Origin: Eledone cirrhosa
Taxonomy: Eukaryota
Assembly (NCBI GenBank): GCA_964016885.1
Contig: OZ024740.1
Coordinates: forward strand, 66,092,001-66,156,000
Length of the DNA stretch: 64,000 bases
Reading direction: 5' to 3'
The notes beneath the pieces are model-generated. The model was given only the letters and a program-made list of their open reading frames with translations. It had not been told where the DNA came from and searched no databases. Shown here one piece after another: positions 26,498 to 37,314 of this stretch (position 1 is its first letter; each line of letters starts with the position of its first letter). Both the position numbers and the translations under genes were made by a program.

Positions 26498-26560
26498 AGA
26501 TAGAGCATCCGTGATGTTTGCTCTAATCTGATTAGAGCAAACATCACGGACGCTCTATCT
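26498..26560. repeat. Near-perfect 63-bp palindrome
   Basis: agatagagcatccgtgatgtttgctctaatc-t-gattagagcaaacatcacggacgctctatct, one mismatch. Confidence 0.95.
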
Positions 26561-26751
26561 CAAAATTATTTTTGAAAAGCATTAGAAATGCGCAACCGGT
26601 AAAACTTAAAACCAAAAGTGAATACTAACCAATACTATTACTAATTTTCGCTTATTCCTAATTAAACTATTTTTCACTGTGAACAATTTGTCAGCATTTT
26701 CTTTTCCGTTTACCAATATATCATAACTCGTGTGTTACACCTCTATTCTTT

Positions 26752-26808
<57 letters not shown>

Positions 26809-26854
26809 GTAAAATAAATCAAAGAACGCCTACATACTCATACCATTTTTATTT

Positions 26855-26899
26855 GCTGACAATGTTTCATCCATACCAGTGGGAAGATTTCATCAGAGC
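26855..26899 (-). ncRNA. Type I hammerhead ribozyme
   Basis: gct-CTGATGA-aatct...ggat-GAAAC-att-GTC-agc. Confidence 0.75.
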
Positions 26900-27261
26900 T
26901 TTATAAACAAAAATACAGTGCCGAGTATAAGCTCTACCGAGCTTAGTCACATGAATATTAGAAATACAATAGAGAGCAACAAGAGGGAGATCGGGAATGG
27001 CGAGTATGGAGAGAGTGCATAGTGGGGTTGTTATCCAGCACTACAGCTAAATGCTGTGGTACAGGCATGATATGTTCACAAGATGCAGAAGCACGCGAGG
27101 GCACATCAAAAGTAAAAAGTATAAACAATAGATAAAACATATAATAATAAAGTAAAAGGAAAATATTAATGTAAAGGAATAAAAAAAAATAAAAATAAAA
27201 ATAAGTTTTAAAGCACACAAAAAAACAGTGGAAGCTATTCGTTGGTCATTATATATAACAG

Positions 27262-27447
27262 GTGGTGGATTGGCAGTATCGGTAAAGGGTCGGACGCCAT
27301 GCTTTCCAGCATAGTTACGTCCCTGTACGATCTGAGTTCAAATCCCGCCGAGGTTGACATTGTATTTCATCCTTACGGGGTCGATAAAATAAAGTACCAG
27401 TAATGCACTGGATATTTGCTGGCCTTGTGCCTAAAGTAGAAACAATT
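27262..27447 (+). mobile_element. tRNA-derived SINE with 17-bp target-site duplication
   Basis: attatatataacaggtg at 27248-27264 and 27445-27461. Confidence 0.88.
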
Positions 27448-28623
27448 ATATATAACAGGTGATTTAGCTCTCCATAACTTAGAGTTATAGAAATACTAAA
27501 ATGCTCCCAAGGTATCTTCAGAAAGCCCAAATGGGATGTTATTCCTCCCCATAGTATACATAATCAACGTATACTAGTAGGTTACGGAATTATGTGGACC
27601 ATGGGTGCTAAACATGTATATAGACAGGTACTACATAAATACAAGCCAAACAGAAGCAAAGCGGGGTTAATGCATGATCAGGCTAAAGCAAAAATACATA
27701 ACAAAAATGGTTTAGTTCCTGAAAAAACTCACATCGGGCGAAGAGTCGCTACATATGTGTATCTACCGTAGAGGTTAGTCCAATCGGTTTCATACACTTC
27801 GATTGCCTAGGAGTTATAAATATAGTGGATTATCCGTAGATAGTAATTCGGTTCAGAGTTTACAACATATGTAGATCATCCGTAAAGTGCAATCCAGTCG
27901 GATATATACGATTACCAAAACATAACATCACATATAGTAACATGCAATTCAGGCTGAATATACACATCAAAAAAATCCCCACATGTTCAAAATCCCAGAT
28001 CCTGAAGTACAATGTATTCAAGTTGCAGCTCTAGATTCTGTACAACCAAATTCGTCACACCTAATCCAGCGTCAAAACATCAAAACTATGCCAGTAGTAA
28101 TTTACCGTTGACCAAACGCATACAGCACGTGGATTAACAATCTATACAAAATATACAAAAGGGAAAATAACACAAAGTGCTCAAAACAGTAAATCCACCA
28201 TGTAACCCAGTATGTCTATTAGGTGTGGTCATACCCAACAGGCATACAACAATTATTGAAAACAGCTTACATACCTCGCAATTTAGGAGTTCGGCTCCAT
28301 AAAAAATAAACACACGCTACTTCGTTCTTCACCGCTATGGTTATATACAGATCAATCCATATTTTCCTTTTACTTTATTATTATATGTTTTAACTATTGT
28401 TTATACTTTTTTCTTTTATGTGCACTCCCGTGCTTCTGCATCTTGTGAAAATATCTGCCTGCATCATTGCATTTAGATGTAGTGCTGGATAACAACCCCA
28501 CTATGCACTCTCTCCATACTCGCCATTCCCGATCTCTCTCTTGTTGCTCTCTATTATTTTTCTAATGTTCATGTGACTAAGCTCGGTAGAGCTTATACTC
28601 GGCACTGTATTTTTGTTTATAAA

Positions 28624-28668
28624 ACTCTGATGAATCCTGCCCACTGGCATGGATGAAACATTGTCAGC
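28624..28668 (+). ncRNA. Type I hammerhead ribozyme
   Basis: ct-CTGATGA-atcc-tgcccactggcat-ggat-GAAAC-att-GTC-ag. Confidence 0.82.
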
Positions 28669-28822
28669 AAATAAAAATGGTATGAGTATGTAGGCGTTCT
28701 TTGATTTATTTTACATATGACGACTCTGTTCTCGGACATTGAGCTTATACAATACTCTCACAAATACGACACGGTACAGGTGCGTTTATGCGTATATGCT
28801 GCTCCGTGGTCTACGTAAATAA

Positions 28823-28858
<36 letters not shown>

Positions 28859-28887
28859 GTATGTATGTATATATATATGTATATATG

Positions 28888-28921
<34 letters not shown>

Positions 28922-28926
28922 TTTTT

Positions 28927-29851
28927 TTTGAGCTGACGTTTGGGATGCTCCCATACAGCTCTGAGGTTTTCATCCTCAGTGTATACTGATTAATGTTCAG
29001 AGCCATCCTCAGCATTCTCGTGTAGCACCCATCCACCATCTGAGTGAGTTTCTTGGTCAGTGTCCAAGTCTCAGACCCATACAGCAGCACAGACTCCACT
29101 ACAGCAATGAAGAGGCAGGTTTTCAGGTCTCTACGAAGGTCCGACTTCCACACCGATCTCAAGCTGTGGCACGCCGCCCAGGCCTTGCTCTTCCTCTCAA
29201 CCACATCATCTTCCGTATTCCCAATCTTTGCTCCCAAATACAGTAAGTCCTCAACCAATTCCAGCGGCTTCCCGCCTACATTAGTGATCCCCTCTGGCTT
29301 CTCAACATTCTCTACCAGATATTTAGTTTTAGTCTCATTCATTCTCAGCCCCACACTCATCGACACAGTCTCAACCTCCCGCATCAAATCCTCTGCCTCC
29401 TTCACTGTATTTGTCACCAAAACTATGTCGTCGGCAAATTGAGCACCCGATACCTTTTTCGCCCTAACTCTCCTGCTCTGAGCCGGTGCTACAGTAAAGC
29501 CAGAGTCCTGGTGTTTCTCCAGTGCAAGGCGCATACAATAGTCCACTACGATAACAAAAAGGTAGGGAGCCAATGTATTTCCCTGGAGCACTCCAGCCAG
29601 TATCTCAAAGATACAGAGGAGACTGAGGTTAGCTGGACATGCTCACCGACATCCAGAGTTAACATTGCACTCAGTACTCCTTTGGGAGCCCCTACATGGA
29701 CACACTAGAAGTGAAAGACCAAGGTTAACGAATGTTGATGCCATAAGGACAGACAATGGTCTGTTGGAGATGCAGGACATGGCAGCGATAATGAGGGACA
29801 GAGACCGCTGGAGAGAACTCGTCCATGGATCTCGGGAATTTTACCCGCCTT

Positions 29852-29853
<2 letters not shown>
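28927..29853. mobile_element. RTE-group LINE, 5'-truncated with internal inversion
   Basis: Minus 28927-29598: [11 protein letters not shown]...FADD...YLG...LYGSETW...NVSSK; plus ~29604-29853 continues with RLRLAGH..RHPE...LWEP. Confidence 0.85.
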
Positions 29854-29898
<45 letters not shown>

Positions 29899-29980
29899 AA
29901 AATTTTATTTAAAATTGTTGGGTTACAACGAGTAAATATTTTATAACAGATATAAAGCACTCAACAAGTTTTGGAGTAGA

Positions 29981-30306
29981 TATACGATATTAAACAAATG
30001 GAAACTATATTTATAAAACCTCTCTATCTCTCTCTGTTTTTCTTTACATACATGTATTCCTTCTCTCCGTCTTTCTTTCTAACTGTGCTTAACACTAAAT
30101 ATTTACAAACATTTCACTACCAAACCAACTTTTTAAATGGAAGTTGATCAATATTTATGGTACGTCAAATTTATTTATAAAACTGCTTATATATTGTATT
30201 TTATCTGAAGAAGGCATGCCATATTTTTAATATGGTATCCCTGAAATATGTATAATGAAATAAATATGGTTTTATAAATATAGTTTCCATTTGTTTAATA
30301 TCGTAT
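29981..30306. repeat. MITE-like element with ~40-bp TIRs
   Basis: tacgatattaaacaaatggaaactatatttataaaacc and its reverse complement at 30268-30305. Confidence 0.75.
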
Positions 30307-30618
30307 ATATATATATATATGTGCGTCCGCATGTATCTGTGTGTTTCTAAATATATTAATAACTCCCTCTGGTCGAGCAATCTTTGAGGTGTGGGGACAA
30401 CTGGAACGCTTCCATTACTCATACTTCTCGCCTTCTTCACTACCTCTTCTACGGCCTCGATATGAATACCCCCTCCGCCTCCGTGGTATTTTCTTCGTGG
30501 TTATAAGAGGCTTAGCTCTGTTTCTCGACCGTTATATCGCGTGATATCTCCCCCTCCGCCTTTTGGGATTCTTTCTCACGTCGTGTAGACGCGTTCTTGA
30601 GACTAGTAAAATGAGGTA

Positions 30619-30706
30619 TCCTCTTGATAAGTCGGCAGACCTCGCAAGGACTCTATATCTTTGATATATTGTTTTTGTTTATGCCACGAAACTACGTAGT
30701 CGAGGA
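30619..30706 (+). ncRNA. Type I hammerhead, U3-A8 variant
   Basis: tcctc-TTGATAA-gtcggca...tgccac-GAAAC-tacgta-GTC-gagga. Confidence 0.8.
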
Positions 30707-31209
30707 ATTTAGGAACAGTTTAGGTATGATACATTTTATTACTAATTATATCTAAATGTTTCTTCTCTCTTCATAATGTATTTTTAACTCTGATACTGGT
30801 TCAGTCTAGTTCAAACTGAATTGGTCTGTCCCAGTCATTCATTGAGCAACATCGGTGAAGTTGGCACCCTTAACTCACAGTTGGGTGCGGATGCATTCGT
30901 GTATATATGTGTGCGTCCGCATGTATCTGTGTGTTTCTAAATATATTAATAACTCCCTCTGGTCGAGCAATCTTTGAGGTGTGGGGACAACTGGAAAGCT
31001 TCCATTACTCATACTTCTCGCCTTCTTCACTACCTCTTCTACGGCCTCGATATGAATACCCCCTCCGCCTCCGTGGTATTTTCTTCGTGGTTATAAGAGG
31101 CTTAGCTCTGTTTCTCGACCGTTATATCGCGTGACTATCTCCCCCTCCGCCTTTTGGGATTATTTCTCACGTCGTGTAGACGCGTTCTTGAGACTAGTAA
31201 AATGAGGTA

Positions 31210-31297
31210 TCCTCTTGATAAGTCTGCAGACCTCGCAAGGACTCTATATCTTTGATATATTGTTTTTGTTTATGCCACGAAACTACGTAGTCGAGGA
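31210..31297 (+). ncRNA. Type I hammerhead, U3-A8 variant (stem II weakened)
   Basis: Same motif with gtctgca in stem II. Confidence 0.7.
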
Positions 31298-31366
31298 ATT
31301 TAGGAACAGTTTAGGTATGATACATTTTATTACTAATTATATCTAAATGTTTCTTCTCTCTTCATA

Positions 31367-31452
<86 letters not shown>

Positions 31453-31565
31453 ATATATATATGTATGTATATATAAATATATGTATGTATATATAAATAT
31501 ATGTATGTATGTATAAATATATGTATGTATGTATATATATGTATGTATGTATATATGTATGTATG

Positions 31566-31600
<35 letters not shown>

Positions 31601-31655
31601 ATATATGTATGTATGTATATATATATATGTATGTATGTATGTCTACATATATATG

Positions 31656-31734
<79 letters not shown>

Positions 31735-32467
31735 ATATGTATGTATATATTTATATGTCAAGACACCAGTTAGTGCTACTGGTAACATGTATCCCAGTAC
31801 AACCTGTCTCATGGTCGGGTCGCTGGTGACTAAACTGGCAACCCCACCAACGTTTCTGGTGAGGAGGGTGACTTTGGACATCCTGCAGGACTAAAAACAA
31901 AACCTGTCAAAGGGCAAAGGAGCTCTTAAGAGTCAATTGCCATCCAAAATCACCGGGACAGATGACCCCTTAGCCTTTGTCAAGGCATAATTCTAGAAGA
32001 AGCAAAACACTGATAAAACACCTGCAACCCTGATGGTATCCAATGATGTCGACTTGATCTTCTTTTTGGTAAATAGCCTCTTGGTTAAGAGAGTGGGACT
32101 GGTTTGTGCAGTGCCTTTGCTAACTATAAAAGCTTCACGGCACTGGCATTGCTTTATATCTGGAGATCTCTCGGCACTTGTCGTCACATGCTACCATGGG
32201 CCCAGCACCCTGTGTCAATAATTGTCACAAGTGTAGTGTTTGCACCAGAGTTTTCAAGTCCCTGGCTTGACTAAAATGTCACACTCGCTCAGCGCATCGG
32301 TAGGAGTTCTCCTACATGGATATAAAGTAGTGGCCGTACTCGGATACGAGTTGGCAGCCACCATATATATATGTATCTATGTATGTATGTATGTATGTAT
32401 ATATATATATATGTATGTATGTATATACATATATATATAAATATATGTATGTATGTATATGTATATG

Positions 32468-32499
<32 letters not shown>

Positions 32500-32659
32500 T
32501 GTATGTATATATATGTATATATATATGTATGTATATGTAATATATATGTATGTATATACATATATGTATGTATATGTATATATATATATATTTTTTTTTT
32601 ATATATATATATATATATATACAATATATATATGTATATATGTACATATATATAAATAC

Positions 32660-32844
32660 AATTGTTTCTACTTTTGGCACAAGGCCAGCAATTATTCCAG
32701 TGTATTGCTGGTACTTTATTTTATCGACACCGTAAGCATGAAACACAAAGTTAACCTCGGCGGGATTTGAACTCAGTCCGTAAAGAGACGTAACTGTGCT
32801 GCAAAGCATGGCGTCCGATCCTCTCCCGATACTGCCAATCTACC
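32660..32844 (-). mobile_element. tRNA-derived SINE
   Basis: Same core and tail as 12762-12946. Confidence 0.85.
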
Positions 32845-32988
32845 ATCATATTTTACATTCAAAATTTATCTGAGATCTGTGGCTTGTCTCCCAAAATAAG
32901 TAAAAATTCAGAGAATAAAATCGATCTTTTAATCATTACAATAGTGAATGACGTATATATACACACATAAATATCTTATGATATTAAT

Positions 32989-33080
32989 GTTAGCCTTTCA
33001 TCCTTACGGGGTCGATAAAATAAAGTACCAGTAATGTACTGTTCAATTGCTGGCCATGTGCCTAAAATAGAAACAATTAT
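32989..33080 (+). mobile_element. SINE 3' half
   Basis: gcctttcatccttacggggtcgataaaataaagtaccag. Confidence 0.8.
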
Positions 33081-33352
33081 TGTATAATAGAACATAGCAA
33101 AAGTAACACGAGACAATCCGTATTGAGTGTAAGAATACATAGTTCGTTACAGTACCATATTAAACATTTAAAAACATTAAAAACATAGATAGCTAGCTGA
33201 TAAACATCATATTTATATATATATATATATATTTATACGAGACATCGTTTTCGATTTCTCTAGTTCTGTAATCGCTTATCTGTCTTAATATTTTTTCATC
33301 TCGCCCCCCTCACTCTCCGCTCTCTCCATCACTCTCTCTCTATATATATACA

Positions 33353-33391
<39 letters not shown>

Positions 33392-33450
33392 ACACACACA
33401 CACACACGCACACACACACACACACACACGGATATATATATATATATATA

Positions 33451-33496
<46 letters not shown>

Positions 33497-33499
<3 letters not shown>

Positions 33500-34373
33500 C
33501 AAATTGAAGGATGAGTATTTTAAACTTTATTTTATCATGAGTTAAGGCTCTATTGATTTTTCCCTGGATTTCACTAAATTCTGTGGATGAATCTATATCC
33601 TGATTCTCTTTGAGATGAGTTTGAATTATTTATCCCACATCATACCTTAACCACTTTTCCCATTTTGACGCTATAGTCACTTATATATTATGGAATAATG
33701 TTGGCTTTTCGCTACAATGTTTTCTATACCTTTCAATTATATATTTATACTCGGATTTCTTTCCTAGAGTGCTTAAATTATTTGTGACTAATCCTGGTAT
33801 TTTTTTATAAAAAACCGCGATAATATTGCTTTTTGTTGAACTCCTTATTGTAGTTTTTTTTCGGAATGTTTTTTGAGTGTTGTTTCCTGTAAACAAACAT
33901 TCGTCTCATTCTGACATCACCAGCCCTGTCTTTCCTCATGTGCGTTTTATTTTTCATAATCACGCATGATGGTGAACTAGCCTGTTTTAAATTCACTTTT
34001 TGGCATATTACTCTGTGAGAATCTTGGTTATCGAGTTGAGCTCTGCTGAGGATCGAATTCCAAACGTGCCCATCTCCAATGAAAGTTTTCGTGAAATAGT
34101 CTTTAAGACTATACAGATCATTTGAAGTTTTTTCCAAATTGAAGGATGAGTATTTTAAACTTTATTTTATCATGTGTTAAGGCTCTATAGATTTTTCCCT
34201 GGATTTCACTAAATTCTGTGGATGAATCTATATCCTGATTCTCTTTGAGATGAGTTTGAATTATTTTTCCCACATCTTACGTTAACTATTTTTCCCATTT
34301 TTACGCTATAGTCACTTATATATTATGGAATACTGTTGGCTTTTCGCTACAATGTTTTCTAGGCCTTTCATTT

Positions 34374-34375
<2 letters not shown>
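33497..34375. repeat. Partial tandem repeat, 635-bp period (~1.4 units), between (TA)n tracts
   Basis: ttccaaattgaaggatgag at 33497 and 34132. Confidence 0.85.
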
Positions 34376-34408
<33 letters not shown>

Positions 34409-34421
34409 ATATATATATATA

Positions 34422-35287
34422 AAAACAAATAACGAAATGAAATTAAATTTCGTTTCGTTTGTAACTCACTTTTGTATGACTGACGCTTAAACAATTAAGT
34501 TAAAAATGTACATCTACATATGCATACTGAAATACTAGTGTGTATATGAATACACACACGTATACATATGTGGGTGTAACAAGTCTTTCACTGGTTGCTT
34601 TACTGTGAGCAACTCAGAGAATAGAGGGAAGGTGTTCCCCCGAAAACCAGTATGACTCTAAAAACCGGTTTGTCTGTGTGTTTACATACAGAATAGCTGA
34701 GTTGCTCACAGTAAAGCAACCAGTGAAAGACTTGTTACGCCCACATATGTATACGTGTGTGTATTCATATACACACTAGTATTTCAGTATGCATATGTAG
34801 ATGTACATTTTTAAATTAATTGTTTAAGCGTCAGTCATACAAAAGTGAGTTACAAACGAAACGAAACTTAATTTCGTTTCGTTATTTGTTTTATCGCCTC
34901 CGCTGAACCGGTGCGTACTCACACTCTATGCAAATTAGTCTGCCCACTACTAATTTTCATAGAAAAAGCATATAACGATATGTGCTTTTACAATTCTCCA
35001 GAAGGGCCGGTAGATAGGTAAATATTGCTGATGAGTTGTAACAACAACGAAACTAGTTCAATATTCCTTGTCTGGCTTTCTGGAGAATAGAGGGAAGGTG
35101 TTCCCCCGAAAACCAGTATGACTATAAAAACCGGTTTGTCTGTGTGTTTACATACAGAATAGCTGAGTTGCTCACAGTAAAGCAACCAGTGAAAGACTTG
35201 TTACACCCACATATGTATACGTGTGTGTATTCATATACACACTAGTATTTCAGTATGCATATGTAGATGTACATTTTTAACTTAATT
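34422..35287. mobile_element. 466-bp HHR repeat: inverted ~195-bp arm plus ~1.45 tandem units
   Basis: 34422-34617 is the reverse complement of 34697-34892; agaatagaggg at 34618 and 35084. Confidence 0.88.
35021..35065 (+). ncRNA. Canonical minimal type I hammerhead ribozyme
   Basis: aatattg-CTGATGA-gttgt-aaca-acaac-GAAAC-ta-GTT-caatatt; 7-bp stem I, palindromic aactagtt. Confidence 0.92.
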
Positions 35288-35300
35288 ATATATATATATA

Positions 35301-35422
<122 letters not shown>

Positions 35423-35903
35423 GAGAAAGACAATATTAACGATTCGGATATTAAGTATACTAAAGTATGCTAACAGCATTTTGAATTTAATGAAATTCTA
35501 CAAACAGTCAATTTCATTCAATATTTATTCATTAGTTTAAATACCAATAATTGTACGGATGTAACTTCACCGAGCATGAATACTAAATAATAAACCAAGG
35601 GAATACCAAGCTTCTCGTTTCAGACGCGTCACGTACGTTGTGAGTTGTATTAAGATAGTGTTTACATTGATTTATATTGACTTAGACTTCTTGATTTTAG
35701 AATACACCTGAGTAAACAACTCCACCTGCGCTCTTCGTAGTGTGCTCTACACTGCGCACTGATGTGTCGGTAATAAACCAATACATACGCGAATATATAT
35801 ATATATATATAACAAAGGCGACGGCCTACTACCAACGCCTTCCAACCAACATCTTCGTGTACATAAACATGGAAGTGGTAGAAAGAGTGCATCCGAGCAT
35901 AAA

Positions 35904-36929
35904 GTGAAAGGGGCACCGAACGGGCGACAGCGCATTAACACACATAAGAGCGATCACTTAGATGGAACCACCCGTAGCAAAAGTACAAGGACACGTAATC
36001 GCCACCGTAACGTCCCATGGTTCCACTCCCCCTACTCTCGAAGTGTGGCTTCCAACATACCCCGGATATTCTTCGAAGCCTTAGAGAAGAACTTCCCACC
36101 CAACCATAGGTATAGGAAAATTCTTAATAGGAACAATATAAAAATATCCTTCTCTACTACTCCTAACCTAGCAGACATCATAGGAACAACGAACCACAGT
36201 AAGATCACCAAAACACAGCACCTCGACGCAGACGCACCTACACCTGACAATAACTGTATCGGCCTTAACAACTCCCTGACAGCATCCAATAGTGTTGGCA
36301 ACGGCATGCGCAGACGCAACCAGAATGACCGCGAGGTGACTGGGGAGCGTGCAAAACATGGCGTGCGGAATAGCAATCGCACCATCCCGCGTGCTGTGGG
36401 TTGTAATTGTGCTAACGACAGCTGCGGTAGCGCAGCTAGCAACGTAGGCAGCAACAATGATAGCCTTATCGTGGGAAATAGACGGAACAGCGACAGAAAG
36501 TGCAACTGCCGCGACAGAGGACGATGTCCCCTTAGAGGATACTTCTTGTCCGATAGGGTTATATATAGATGCACTATTATTAGCCACAATAGCGTTAAAC
36601 ATTATATAGGGGCCACCTCCGGCCCGTTCAAAATTAGGTTTCGAACACATCTCCACTCTTTCACAAATAGAAAACTAAGGCACTCCACCTCGCTCGCGGA
36701 CTACATCACATCACTAAAGGACTTAAACATTAGCTTCTCCACGCACTGGGAGATTGTCGACAGGGCTGCACCGTACAACTTCAAGAGGAAATGCGATCTT
36801 TGCCTCATGGAGCTCTACCACATCATAACTGCACCCCACGAGCTCATCAACAGCAGAGCTGAAACAGCGATAAGTTTTACACATCGCTTAAAAATATCTT
36901 TCTTTAGATGGGTTAAGAATGAAGAGTGA
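35904..36929 (+). pseudogene. Naiad-like PLE 3' fragment (RT thumb, linker, GIY-YIG)
   Basis: WFHSPYS...FPPNHRYRKILNRNNIKISFS...CNCRDRGRCPL...VIYRC...YIGAT...FKIRF...CDLCLME...INSRAE. Confidence 0.88.
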
Positions 36930-37181
36930 AATAGCACACTGGATCTCCCTGCAACAAGTCTTAACACCCCGGCGGGCAGGCGCAGCAAAATAACACCCAG
37001 AAAACAATCCCTGCATACCAAAAATTGTCCGGGAAAGACTGCCCTAACACCGGCCAAAGTTACCTCCCTTGACCTGCTGCAAAATCAAAACAAGATATTT
37101 TTGCGAGCAATGAATCTTGATGTGGATTTAACCCCCAAAACTCTTTCCGAACTATATAAGGAACACTTGTGATTGTTTATG

Positions 37182-37218
37182 CCCTTGAGAAGCCCAACTG
37201 GGCGAAACGTACGTAGGT
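37182..37218 (+). ncRNA. Type I hammerhead, U3-A8 variant, in Naiad pLTR
   Basis: cc-TTGAGAA-gccca-ac-tgggc-GAAAC-gtac-GTA-gg; palindromic acgtacgt. Confidence 0.78.
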
Positions 37219-37274
37219 GATATTTTAAATAAACATGTTTTAACGGTCTATTCTCCGATTTTTCACTTTCCCAC

Positions 37275-37310
<36 letters not shown>

Positions 37311-37314
<4 letters not shown>

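Larger units (their letters stand above)
26807..28828. mobile_element. Non-coding fold-back element with an HHR in each ~370-bp arm
   Basis: Arms 26807-27185 and 28360-28716; no recognisable ORF inside; (TA)n flanks. Confidence 0.8.
30321..31371 (+). mobile_element. 591-bp HHR repeat family, ~1.8 tandem units
   Basis: Near-identical to 10804-12443; period 591; same 3' end cttcataatgta into (TA)n. Confidence 0.9.

Noticed and set aside
31760-32362. GC-richer segment resembling a retroelement 5' UTR
   Set aside because: No motif I could support; left unannotated.
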